The notes: generated by a model from the letters alone, not told the origin. Shown: positions 1-8,498, numbered from the stretch's first letter. The stretch is DNA of 64,000 nucleotides from Elusimicrobia bacterium GWA2_56_46 (GCA_001799575.1 MGTT01000028.1:79274-143273); one strand, 5' to 3'. Numbers and translations are program-made.

Positions 1-1694
1 TTGACGCGCCGCTTACGGCGGAGATCTCCCTGGAGGAAGCTCTGGCGCGCGGAAAAAAAGACGGTTTTATCTGCCTGGCCCACTCCTCGGGCGCCGTCTG
101 CGCCGGTTCGGAACTGGGCGCGGCATATTTCGCCCCTGGGGAACTTAAAGGCGAAGACAAAGCCGGCCTTTCGGTGCTGGTGCAGGATGTCCGGATCTTC
201 AAGGTCGCGGCCGGCCTGAAAAGCGTTCTGCATCTCATCGATTTCGAGCCGGTCCGCGAAATGAACAATTTTTTCGAACTTGAGATCGCTCACTCGCTCC
301 TGAGCGCGCGCAAGAGCGATCTCTCCAGGCTGGTCTTTGAGAAGACCGGCGCCCTTCCGCGTGAAGAAGGTTCCAGGGAAGAGCTCCTCACCGCCGCCGG
401 GGCTATGCCTCGCCTCTACCCGGAGATAAAGAAAGAACTGGCGGCGGCCGGGATGGAAAAGGTCTATTCCGAACTGGAACTGCCGCTGATCCCCGCGATC
501 TACGCCATGGAGCGCGCCGGTTTTAAAGTGGATCTCGGCGTGCTTAAAGAGCTTTCCGCCGATTTTTCGGCCAAGCTGGCCGCCATAGAGGCGGAAGCGG
601 AGCGGCTGACCGGGCATAAGGTGAATCTCAATTCTCCCAAGCAGCTGGGCTGGCTTTTATACGAGAAATTGAATATCCAGCTGGACGACGCCCAGAAAAA
701 GATGTTTAAGACCAAGGACGGCTACTCGACCGCCGAGGAGGTGCTGACTTTCCTGAAACCGGCCCATCCAGTGATAGAAAAACTCCTGGAATTCCGCGAG
801 ATCTCGAAACTGAAGTCATCTTTCGTGGACAACCTCCTGGCCGCGGCCGACGGGGAGGGCAGGGTTCACAGCACCTTTGAACAGGCCGGCACGGCCACCG
901 GCAGGTTCTCAAGTTCGAAGCCCAATCTCCAGAATATCCCGGCGCGTTCGGCCTACGGTCAGCTGGTGCGCCGCGCTTTTTGCGCCCGCCGCGGGTTCTC
1001 TCTTATGAGCGCCGACTATTCGCAGATAGACCTGCGGGTGCTTGCCCATGTTTCAGGAGATAAAAATCTGGTTTCGGCGTTCCGCTCAAACGAAGACATA
1101 CACCTGCGCACGGCCTCTGAAGTTTTCCACGCCGCTCCGGAACTGGTCACCAGGGAAATGAGGCGCTCCGCCAAGGCTATCAATTTCGGCATCGTCTACG
1201 GCCAGACCGCCCAGGGGCTTGCCCGTGAACTGGGGATTCCCAGGCCGGAGGCGGCCAAATACATAAAGCACTATTTCGAGGTTTACTCCGGGGTTAAATC
1301 CTGGATAGACGGGACTATAGATGCCGCGAAAAAGAACGGCTGCGTGACGACTTTTACCGGCAGGCGACGGGGCGTGCCGGAGATCAACGGAGCTAACGGG
1401 AACCTGCGGGCTTTCGCGGAGCGCGTGGCTGTGAATACGCCTATACAGGGCGGTTCGGCCGATATCATAAAGAAAGCCATGATAGACATCCACGCGAAGA
1501 TAAAGGGTTCCGATAAGATCGTCCTGGTTCTGCAGGTGCACGACGAGCTGGTTTTTGAAGTAAAAGCCGGCCACGAAGCCGAAGCCGCGCGTCTGATCAG
1601 GGACGGCATGGAGAACGCTTTCAAGCTGGAAGTGCCCCTGCGCGCAGACATCAAAGCCGGCCCCAACTGGCAGGATATGGAGCCTGTTCTTTGA
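1..1694 (+). CDS. polA: DNA polymerase I, C-terminal polymerase domain. The reading frame is open from the window start (phase 3) with no stop before 1694, so the gene begins upstream of the window.
   Basis: The translation contains family-A polymerase motifs such as QIDLRVLAHVSGD, NTPIQGGSADIIK and LQVHDELVFEV. The frame is continuous from position 3. Confidence 0.93.
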   Translation, partial: DAPLTAEISLEEALARGKKDGFICLAHSSGAVCAGSELGAAYFAPGELKGEDKAGLSVLVQDVRIFKVAAGLKSVLHLIDFEPVREMNNFFELEIAHSLLSARKSDLSRLVFEKTGALPREEGSREELLTAAGAMPRLYPEIKKELAAAGMEKVYSELELPLIPAIYAMERAGFKVDLGVLKELSADFSAKLAAIEAEAERLTGHKVNLNSPKQLGWLLYEKLNIQLDDAQKKMFKTKDGYSTAEEVLTFLKPAHPVIEKLLEFREISKLKSSFVDNLLAAADGEGRVHSTFEQAGTATGRFSSSKPNLQNIPARSAYGQLVRRAFCARRGFSLMSADYSQIDLRVLAHVSGDKNLVSAFRSNEDIHLRTASEVFHAAPELVTREMRRSAKAINFGIVYGQTAQGLARELGIPRPEAAKYIKHYFEVYSGVKSWIDGTIDAAKKNGCVTTFTGRRRGVPEINGANGNLRAFAERVAVNTPIQGGSADIIKKAMIDIHAKIKGSDKIVLVLQVHDELVFEVKAGHEAEAARLIRDGMENAFKLEVPLRADIKAGPNWQDMEPVL

Positions 1695-1794
1695 ACAGGT
1701 TCCTGCCACAAACCGAATATGGAATTAATACAGATGCTTATGGAAGCGGCGCACGATAGAGCGGGGTCCTGCCGGGGGGCAACCTTTTCGCGTT
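1689..1794. repeat. Left copy of a ~105 bp direct repeat. It begins inside the polA stop codon and ends partway into the first arm of a palindromic element.
   Basis: Positions 1689-1794 (tttgaacaggtt ... atggaattaatacagatgcttatggaagcggcgcacgatagagcggggtcctgccggggg) are near-identical to 3527-3632. Confidence 0.8.
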
Positions 1795-1943
1795 TTTATA
1801 TAATATAAATATGGGTTCCAAATTAACTAAATATTCTTGCAGCCTTAACCAGGAGGAACTTGACTGGCTTCGTCTTTCTCCCGCAAAACGGATGATTGAG
1901 TCCGCGAAGCTGTGGAAGTTTTACCTGGCGATAGGAGGAAAAC

Positions 1944-2693
1944 TTGACTCTCAGCCCGATCCTCAAGGTCCTTTCAACTTTCCGAAAGCAAAAAGTTAAA
2001 TCCCTGCTTATAGGCGGGCAGGCATGTATCGTATACGGAGCCGCGGAATTCAGCCGTGATTCCGACTTTGTCGTGCTGGCTTCCCCGTCAAATCTTAAAG
2101 CGTTGGCCGGCGCATTAAAAGTGTTAAAAGCCGTTCCGGTATACTATCCCGAATTGACGATCCATTATCTGCTTAAGGGCCATGCCTGCCATTTTCGCTG
2201 TGGAGCGAGCGGGGTGGAGGGTTTGCGGGTTGATATTATGTCGAAACTGAAGGGTTGCGACGCCTTTGGGAAACTTTGGGCCCGGCGTAACCGCGTGAAA
2301 ATTTCAGGATTGGGCGCGGTAGATATAATTTCGCTTGCAGATCTTGTTCAAAGCAAAAAAACCCAGCGTGACAAGGACTGGTTTATGTTAAACCGTCTTG
2401 TGGAAAATGACATTTTTATAAATGAGGGCTCCGGTTCCGCCGCCAAAGTTAACTGGTGGCTTGCCCAATGCCGGGCGCCGGAAACGCTTGCGCGGCTTTG
2501 TTCTGATCATCCGGGACAGGCCCGCGGAGGTATCACGCGCAGGCCGCTTTTACGCGAAGCTGTGAAAAATAATTTAAAAAAGCTGTCTGAGCTGCTTAAA
2601 AAAGAAGAGGCTGCGGAAAGGGCAAAAGATTTAAGCTACTGGCTGCCATTAAAAAAAGAACTGGAAAAGCTCCGTCTGTCCCGTGAGCGATAA
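1944..2693 (+). CDS. Nucleotidyltransferase-fold protein, AbiEii/DUF1814-like (a putative type IV TA/Abi toxin). The assignment is by motif only.
   Basis: The N-terminus carries LIGGQACIVYGAAEFSRDSDFVV, which matches the hGG...(R)FSxDhDh nucleotidyltransferase signature of the AbiEii family. The ORF is 249 aa and is flanked by AT-rich DNA. Confidence 0.5.
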   Translation: MTLSPILKVLSTFRKQKVKSLLIGGQACIVYGAAEFSRDSDFVVLASPSNLKALAGALKVLKAVPVYYPELTIHYLLKGHACHFRCGASGVEGLRVDIMSKLKGCDAFGKLWARRNRVKISGLGAVDIISLADLVQSKKTQRDKDWFMLNRLVENDIFINEGSGSAAKVNWWLAQCRAPETLARLCSDHPGQARGGITRRPLLREAVKNNLKKLSELLKKEEAAERAKDLSYWLPLKKELEKLRLSRER

Positions 2694-2905
2694 GCGTTGG
2701 TGTGATCGGGTCAACGAAGCTCATATAGAGTAAAAAAGGTAGACGCTGCCTTTTCCTTAAAGCCGGCCACAAGTCGAGCGGTATTGAATTTTAACCCTTG
2801 ACGGCGCACTATATTTTGTATATACTATATGTAGCACAATAATGTAGTGCACGGATGTTTGCCGGCCATAGGCCGGATACGGCGCCGGTATGGACTGGGA
2901 GTCTC

Positions 2906-3175
2906 ATGAAAATCTCCGATTTTGAGTGGGATAGGGCCAACGAAGCTCATATTGCCAGGCACAATGTTACTCCGGCTGAGGCGGAAGAAGTTTTTCTTTC
3001 GGAATATTTTCTCCGTAAAACTCATTCAGGGCGTTACGGTCTCTATGGCCGGAGTTTTCATGGCCGCTGTTTATTTATCGTTTTCGAAAAACTTAAAGGT
3101 AATGTTGCCAGGATAATCACAGCCAGGGATATGGCGGACAAAGAGAAAATATTTTATCGGAGGGTGAAAAGATGA
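2906..3175 (+). CDS. brnT: BrnT-family toxin (DUF497 ribonuclease toxin).
   Basis: The start motif MKISDFEWDRANEAHIARHNVTPAEAEEVF is typical of BrnT/DUF497. The stop overlaps the downstream start as ATGA. Confidence 0.75.
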   Translation: MKISDFEWDRANEAHIARHNVTPAEAEEVFLSEYFLRKTHSGRYGLYGRSFHGRCLFIVFEKLKGNVARIITARDMADKEKIFYRRVKR

Positions 3176-3486
3176 AAAACCGCAAACTGCCGCATTTTAA
3201 AACAAGGGAAGAAGAGGCCGAATTCTGGGATACTCATTCCATGGCGGATTATCTGGGCGAGTTGGAATGTGCGGATGAGGTTTTTACCCTCGCGCCGTCT
3301 TTGGCGGAGAAAATCAAGGAGAGGGCAAAGACAAAGGCTGTTTCGCTAAGGCTTCCTCAATGGGAAATCGACGGGGCCAAAAGAGTCGCCAAAAAAGAGG
3401 GCGTAGGCTATCAGGTTTTAATCAATACCTGGATCGCCGAAGCTTTGAGACGTGAAGCGCACCGCACCCGCAGGGCCGGTACATAG
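3172..3486 (+). CDS. brnA: BrnA-family antitoxin (CopG/RHH-like).
   Basis: The gene is translationally coupled (ATGA) to the upstream brnT. Its size of 104 aa and its context fit BrnA, and the C-terminus is an RHH-like basic region. Confidence 0.65.
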   Translation: MKNRKLPHFKTREEEAEFWDTHSMADYLGELECADEVFTLAPSLAEKIKERAKTKAVSLRLPQWEIDGAKRVAKKEGVGYQVLINTWIAEALRREAHRTRRAGT

Positions 3487-3526
3487 CGATTAATGAATGG
3501 GAAAGGTAGTTGCTGCCTTTTTTATT

Positions 3527-3680
3527 TGAACAGGTTTAAGTCACAAGTCGAACATGGAATTGATACAGATACTTATGGAAGCGGCGCACGATAGAGCGGG
3601 GTCCTGCCGGGGGATAACCTTTTCGCGTTCCCTCGGCCGCCTGCGGGGTCGAAAAGGTTACGCCCCCGTCACCCCTTCCC
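3527..3680. repeat. Right copy of the ~105 bp direct repeat, followed by a complete palindromic hairpin element.
   Basis: Positions 3527-3632 match 1689-1794. The palindrome ggggataaccttttcg...cgaaaaggttacgcccc closes the element. Confidence 0.8.
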
Positions 3681-3888
3681 TGTTCCCTTATCCTGAGATC
3701 CTTAAAAAATATAATTGTTACCATCCAAATTATCTCTTAAATTATCCGCCCTTTAATAGTCGAGGAATGGGGGGGACGTAGCTCGGTTTCTTGATTATTT
3801 TTAATATGCTTGGATTCGCAATTATGCGCCCAGTAAAAATAGTTAGTCAACTAGTCAACAACGTCCCCGTACCCTCGGGAAGATATAA

Positions 3889-4085
3889 AATGGAGGGGGC
3901 GGCGGCGGGTTTTCTGCGCGCTCCATTTGAGGGTTTAAAACCGGAGTCTGGAGCAGTATCCCTCCGGGACGGCGAGGATGTTTGAGGGCAAAAGCTTTGT
4001 CTTTTGCCCGAGTTCCGGAGCCGGCGGAGGACTCCGGTTTTCTTCCCCGGAAACCCGAACCCGGAGCGCGCGGGAAACCCGGCGA
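3889..4085. ncRNA. Structured RNA, copy 1. It is a rod-like hairpin of ~180-195 nt with a long closing stem. The family is unassigned (6S-like is the working hypothesis) and the strand is undetermined.
   Basis: The closing helix pairs cgggttttctgcgcgctcc with ggagcgcgcgggaaacccg. An inner helix pairs ccggagtc with gactccgg, and there is a central hairpin gggcaaaag...cttttgccc. A second copy at 54805-55005 preserves these helices through compensatory changes. Confidence 0.55.
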
Positions 4086-4135
4086 CGACCCCGGACAGTG
4101 CAATCGTCTTTAACAGCGGGCATCGTATTGAGGAT

Positions 4136-4159
4136 CATTTTGCTGACGTCAGCAAAATG
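4136..4159. promoter_or_regulatory. 24 bp perfect palindrome, CATTTTGCTGACGTCAGCAAAATG, a candidate operator upstream of the rhomboid gene.
   Basis: The sequence is an exact inverted repeat centred on GACGTC. It lies ~100 bp upstream of the ATG at 4257 and ~70 bp upstream of an AT-rich -10-like stretch (tatataat). Confidence 0.35.
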
Positions 4160-4256
4160 GTGGATATTGGGAGTGGTGCGGAGCGATCCATTAAACCTCT
4201 GGCAGCTTAAACCGATTTGTGAGCATATATAATATAAAAAGATCGGATGGGCGGAG

Positions 4257-5060
4257 ATGACGCTGTCATTGCGCCCGCCCTCTTTGAATGACCTGCCGCC
4301 TGTGGCTCGGGGGGTGGTGGTGGCGTGTTTCTGCGGATGGGTGCTGGAACTGGCGTTCGGGGGGGCGCTGAACCATTATTTTGGCCTCGTGCCGGCTAAA
4401 GTTATCGGCTCCGGCTGGCTCTGGCAGCCTCTTACTTACATATTCATACACGCCGGTTTCTGGCACTTCCTCTTTAACGCCTTCATGATCTGGATGCTGG
4501 GCCCGGTAATAGAATCGGCCCTGGGTTCCAGGAAGTTCTTTGTTTATTTCCTGTTCTGCGGCGCGGCGGCGGGACTTTTTACGGTAGCCGTAAGTCCCGC
4601 CTCTCTCCGGCCCGTAATAGGCGCTTCCGGCGCCGTCTACGGGCTTATGTACGCTTTCGCCGCGCTTTATCCGGAGCAGATCGTATATATGTATTTCCTT
4701 TTCCCCATGACCGCGCGCCAACTGGTCGTCTTCCTGGCCGGTCTTTCGCTGATCCTCAGTTTCACCACCCCCAATTCCAGCGTGGCCAACTTCACCCATT
4801 TAAGCGGCCTCGCCGCTGGCTGGTTGTATTTCCACACCGCGGTGTGGCTGGAAAATAGCGCGGCAGGAAGAGTAGTGGCTAGAGGACTCGAGGGCTGGAG
4901 GACTCGCAGCGAGTCACGAGTCACGAGTCACGAAATACAAAACTCCAGAAGGGTTGACGCTATTCTCGAAAAAATTTCCAGTCAAGGCGAAGCCGCCCTT
5001 ACCTCCGCCGAGCGCCGCGAACTGGACGAATACGCCAAAACGCGCGGCGGCCGCGCGTAA
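4257..5060 (+). CDS. Rhomboid-family intramembrane serine protease.
   Basis: The protein has multiple TM helices, the rhomboid motif GASGAVYGL and a conserved His in a later TM. The C-terminal tail contains a (GAGTCAC)x3 repeat. Confidence 0.8.
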   Translation: MTLSLRPPSLNDLPPVARGVVVACFCGWVLELAFGGALNHYFGLVPAKVIGSGWLWQPLTYIFIHAGFWHFLFNAFMIWMLGPVIESALGSRKFFVYFLFCGAAAGLFTVAVSPASLRPVIGASGAVYGLMYAFAALYPEQIVYMYFLFPMTARQLVVFLAGLSLILSFTTPNSSVANFTHLSGLAAGWLYFHTAVWLENSAAGRVVARGLEGWRTRSESRVTSHEIQNSRRVDAILEKISSQGEAALTSAERRELDEYAKTRGGRA

Positions 5061-5201
5061 CAGGGCGGGTAATTACGCCGTACCATGATTGGGTGGGATT
5101 AAGATGCTATATTTTAAGGGAGCGCCGGGGATTTGATCTTAACCGGCATCCATTGCGTAAGTTTAATGGAGGGCCGCCGGCGGGTATAGTTGGAGGGGTG
5201 G

Positions 5202-5259
5202 CGGGACCATGCCTTTTCGTCCCGCAGGTTGCCGAGGGAAGCGGAAAGGCATGGTCCCG
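5202..5259. repeat. Palindromic hairpin element of the same family as 3590-3680 and 54528-54610, in inverted orientation.
   Basis: cgggaccatgccttttcg ... cggaaaggcatggtcccg forms a ~17 bp stem. The loop is approximately the reverse complement of the loop in the other copies. Confidence 0.6.
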
Positions 5260-5370
5260 ACAGGACCCCGAACTCGCAGCCGCCTGTGTCCCGACTGGGC
5301 ATCTCGCGGCTTTAAACCCAAAGTCAACTATCCCGGCGTTACATTGCGGTGAAAAGGTGAACGGGAATTT

Positions 5371-6009
5371 ATGAACATAAAAGACATATGTCGGGAATTC
5401 AGGAAGCTGAAGGGCAAGACCATTGTCGGCCTTACCGGCGCCCCCGCCTCCGGCAAAAGCGCCGTCCTCGACCGGTTCGGAAAGCTGGGCGCTTTTTGCG
5501 TTTCCACCGACGCCCTCGCAAAAGAAGTGTTGACATCCCGGGCCGGTTATAATAGAATTTCTAAGAGTTTTAGTTCCGGGGTATTCCTAAAAGACGGTTC
5601 AATCGACAGAAATAAACTTGCCAAAGAAGTTTTTTCTGACAAATCCAAAAGAAAACGGCTTGAACGCATACTTCACCCTCTAATTCTCGGCCGCGCGCTC
5701 GCTTTAATTGAAAAATCCAATGAAAAGCTGATTATCGTAGAAGTCCCGCTGCTGTTCGAAGCCGGCCTTGAAAAGTGCTTCGCTCTTACGGTATGCGTGG
5801 AGACCCCCGGCAAGCTGCGCCTCAGGCGCGCCGCCGCCAGGGGATGGAGTTCCGGAGAACTCAAGCGCCGAAGCGCGGCGCAGTTCACGGCCGGGAAAAA
5901 AGCGGCCCTGGCGGACGTACTGATAAGCAACGACGGTTCCCTGAAAGACCTTTGGAAGCGGGTGGACTGGCTTCACGGTTTTTTAAAGAACAGACCGGAG
6001 AAAAAATGA
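5371..6009 (+). CDS. coaE: Dephospho-CoA kinase.
   Basis: The P-loop is [11 protein letters not shown]. The size of 212 aa and the family fit CoaE. Confidence 0.85.
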   Translation: MNIKDICREFRKLKGKTIVGLTGAPASGKSAVLDRFGKLGAFCVSTDALAKEVLTSRAGYNRISKSFSSGVFLKDGSIDRNKLAKEVFSDKSKRKRLERILHPLILGRALALIEKSNEKLIIVEVPLLFEAGLEKCFALTVCVETPGKLRLRRAAARGWSSGELKRRSAAQFTAGKKAALADVLISNDGSLKDLWKRVDWLHGFLKNRPEKK

Positions 6010-7367
6010 CCGACAATTCCGCGGATACAAGGAGAAATCACAAGATGGAAAACAACAACAGCCAGGCCCATGGCCCGAGCAATAATCCCGCCGGCCAGCA
6101 GATGCCCAAAATGGATACCGCGATCCTCTCTAAGATGACCGTGGCGGAACTGCTCAAGATAGCCGACCAGTTCAAGCTTGAGGGCGTTTCCGGCATGCGC
6201 AAGCAGGAGCTTATCGGCAAGCTTATGGAGGCCCAGGCCAAACAGAACGGCATCGTAAAGGGCACGGGCGTGCTGGAGATCCTGCCGGACGGCTTCGGTT
6301 TTCTGCGCTCGCAGGAATACGACTACCTTTCGAGCCATGAGGACATCTATGTTTCTCCCTCCCAGATCAAGAAGCTCGGTCTCCGCAAGGGCGACGAGGT
6401 CACCGGCCTCATCAGACCGCCCAAGGAAGGCGAGAGATTCTTCGCCCTCTTACAGGTTAAAACCGTCAATGGAGTGGAAATAGAAAAGATAATCAACCGC
6501 GACCTTTTCGACAATCTGACCCCGCTGCATCCCAATAAACGTTTTGTGCTGGAAACCGCCAAGAACGAGATGACCGCGCGCGTCATAGACCTTATCTCGC
6601 CCATCGGCAAAGGCCAGCGCGCCCTTATCGTGGCCGCGCCCAAGACCGGCAAGACCATGATCCTCCAGCGCATAGCCAATTCGCTTACCACCAATCACCC
6701 CGACATCGAGCTCCTGGTTCTCCTTATCGACGAACGCCCCGAAGAAGTCACGGATATGAAGCGCTCCGTTAAAGGCACGGTGATCGCCTCCACCTTTGAC
6801 GAACCGGCTGACCGCCATGTGCAGGTGGCCGAGATCGTTCTGGAAAAAGCCAAGCGTCTGACCGAACTGAAGAAAGACGTCGTCATTCTGCTGGATTCGG
6901 TTACCAGGCTGGCCCGCGCCTATAATACCATCTCGCCCTCCAGCGGCAGGGTGCTCTCCGGCGGCCTTGAATCCACTTCCCTTCAGCGGCCCAAGCGGTT
7001 TTTCGGCGCCGCGCGCAACATCGAAGAGGGCGGATCCCTTACCATCATCGCAACCGCGCTGGTGGAAACCGGCAGCCGCATGGACGACGTCATCTTTGAA
7101 GAGTTCAAAGGCACCGGCAATTCGGAGATCTACCTGGATCGCAAACTTTCCGACCGCAGGATCTTCCCTGCCATAGACATCAATAAAACTTCCACCAGGA
7201 AAGAGGAACTGCTGATGAGCGAAGACGAGCTCAATAAGGTATGGATCCTGCGGAAAGTCCTGGCCCCGCTGTCTCCGGTGGACGCCCTGGAACTGCTCTA
7301 CACGAAGCTGGCGGCCACCAAATCGAACAAGGATTTCCTGAAATCCATGGAAATGGCGGGAATGTAA
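6006..7367 (+). CDS. rho: Transcription termination factor Rho.
   Basis: The N-terminal RNA-binding domain, the Walker A motif AAPKTGKT and the R-loop/Q-loop regions are all present. The ATG at 6006 overlaps the coaE stop. Confidence 0.93.
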   Translation: MTDNSADTRRNHKMENNNSQAHGPSNNPAGQQMPKMDTAILSKMTVAELLKIADQFKLEGVSGMRKQELIGKLMEAQAKQNGIVKGTGVLEILPDGFGFLRSQEYDYLSSHEDIYVSPSQIKKLGLRKGDEVTGLIRPPKEGERFFALLQVKTVNGVEIEKIINRDLFDNLTPLHPNKRFVLETAKNEMTARVIDLISPIGKGQRALIVAAPKTGKTMILQRIANSLTTNHPDIELLVLLIDERPEEVTDMKRSVKGTVIASTFDEPADRHVQVAEIVLEKAKRLTELKKDVVILLDSVTRLARAYNTISPSSGRVLSGGLESTSLQRPKRFFGAARNIEEGGSLTIIATALVETGSRMDDVIFEEFKGTGNSEIYLDRKLSDRRIFPAIDINKTSTRKEELLMSEDELNKVWILRKVLAPLSPVDALELLYTKLAATKSNKDFLKSMEMAGM

Positions 7368-7371
7368 CAGT

Positions 7372-7447
7372 AGTGGCCGGTGAATAGTGGATAGTGGTCA
7401 GTAGTTAAGAATTTTTTTGTTTGCTACTCACCACTTGTCACTGATCA
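7372..7447 (+). repeat. Tandem heptamer array (AGTGGCC GGTGAAT AGTGGAT AGTGGTC AGTAGTT) followed by an inverted partner (caccacttgtcactgatcactg). It lies downstream of rho and ~65 bp upstream of the M23 peptidase start.
   Basis: The 7-nt periodicity can be read directly. The motif recurs at 63785-63825 and, on the opposite strand, at 23522-23549. Confidence 0.7.
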
Positions 7448-7470
7448 CTGTTTTTAACGGGAGGCTGACA

Positions 7471-8394
7471 GTGCGGAAAGGCTATCTTATCGGGCTGCTT
7501 GGGTTGGCCGGGTTGGCCGCTATGGCCGCGGCCAGCCTGCCTTCGGCCCGGAACCTGGATTACGAAGGACTTTCCGTGCTGACGCCCGCCGGGCCCGCGG
7601 AACCTCCGCCTGAAGCTTTCCGCGGCATTCCCCGCCTCGTACACGCTCCGCATAAAATATTAAAAGGCGAAGATATCAGGATCATCGCGGCCAGATACGG
7701 CACCGATGTGCGTTCGCTCCAGAGCACTAATTTCAACGAGTTTATACTACCCCTTTCCAAAGGCCGCTCTATCAGGGTGCATAACGGCATCGGTTATCTT
7801 TATGAGGTGGCCGTAGACGGGGAGACCCTGGAGGGCATTGCCCGCCGTTTCAAACCTAAAGAAACCGGCCTCAAAGACTTCAAAGCCGCGATAATAAAGA
7901 GTAACGGTCTGCCCGCGGTGGATATGCTGGTGTCCCGCAAGTTAAAAAAAGGCGACCGTCTGCAGCTGCCCAATTTTTTTCAGAATCTGGATATGTACCG
8001 CATGCCGCTGCCTTATTATTCCGGAAGGATTAGTTCCAATTTCGGTATGAGGTATCATCCCGTTCTTAAGCGCCGGATTTTCCACAGCGGCTGCGACATC
8101 CCGATGCCCGTCGGCACGCCGGTGTATCCTTCCCGGTCAGGCACGGTAAGTTTCGCGGGTTGGAAAGAAGGTTATGGGAATACCGTGGAGTTGAAGCACC
8201 ATGATGGTTCGATGACGCGCTACGGGCATCTCTCAAAGGTTCTGGTCTCGGCGGGGGAGACGGTGCAGAAATCCAGAAGTATGCTGGGGAGGGTGGGATC
8301 CACCGGCATGTCCACCGGCCCTCATCTGCATTTTGAGATCATCACGCCCGGCGGAAGATCGGTGAATCCGCTCGCCAAGATCGGCAAGCGATAA
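7471..8394 (+). CDS. M23 family metallopeptidase with an N-terminal TM anchor or signal. The GTG start sits behind a GGGAGG RBS; an alternative upstream start is at 7417.
   Basis: The C-terminus HHDGSMTRYGHL...GSTGMSTGPHLHFEI is the M23/LytM signature. Confidence 0.8.
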   Translation: MRKGYLIGLLGLAGLAAMAAASLPSARNLDYEGLSVLTPAGPAEPPPEAFRGIPRLVHAPHKILKGEDIRIIAARYGTDVRSLQSTNFNEFILPLSKGRSIRVHNGIGYLYEVAVDGETLEGIARRFKPKETGLKDFKAAIIKSNGLPAVDMLVSRKLKKGDRLQLPNFFQNLDMYRMPLPYYSGRISSNFGMRYHPVLKRRIFHSGCDIPMPVGTPVYPSRSGTVSFAGWKEGYGNTVELKHHDGSMTRYGHLSKVLVSAGETVQKSRSMLGRVGSTGMSTGPHLHFEIITPGGRSVNPLAKIGKR

Positions 8395-8464
8395 ATAGAG
8401 GCAACGAAGCAATTTAGAAGCAAGGCGGATCAGTGCCCCGGAAGTTTCCCACGCGTCTTTTCTT

Positions 8465-8498
8465 CCGAGAGACTACGGCTTCGCGCATATGGTATAAT
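8465..8498 (+). promoter_or_regulatory. Putative sigma70-type promoter for rpmE with an extended -10 (TGgTATAAT).
   Basis: tggtataat lies at 8490-8498, ~37 bp upstream of the rpmE ATG. Confidence 0.35.

Noticed and set aside
1086-1709. Long antisense ORFs inside confirmed genes. Examples are 1086-1709(-), 9266-10060(-), 14628-15743(-), 45223-47007(+), 60711-62228(-) and 61924-63378(-).
   Set aside because: They are shadow ORFs of the kind high-GC DNA routinely produces. Each lies opposite a gene with strong family motifs and has no motif of its own.
1811-1999. A 62-aa ORF upstream of the AbiEii-like gene, considered as a possible AbiEi antitoxin fragment.
   Set aside because: It is too short for AbiEi and has no recognisable wHTH motif. 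It sits in AT-rich DNA where spurious ORFs are easy to find, so it is mentioned only in the findings.
1689-3680. Integron gene-cassette interpretation, with attC-like imperfect palindromes flanking a TA cassette.
   Set aside because: No intI or attI is in the window and polA directly abuts the left repeat. The repeats are long direct repeats with no R''/L''-L'/R' core-site organisation, and the genes inside are not uniformly arranged.
3487-5370. A search for CRISPR arrays in the repeat-rich noncoding gaps (3487-4256, 5061-5370, 54456-55417).
   Set aside because: The repeats are not regularly spaced direct repeats with unique spacers. They are dispersed palindromes and paralogous RNA-like segments, and no cas genes are present.
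5775-6005. A 5' extension of the rho ORF, beginning at 5775 and overlapping coaE.
   Set aside because: The extension is Arg/Gly-rich out-of-frame coaE sequence. Rho homology begins near the ATG at 6006, which overlaps the coaE stop.
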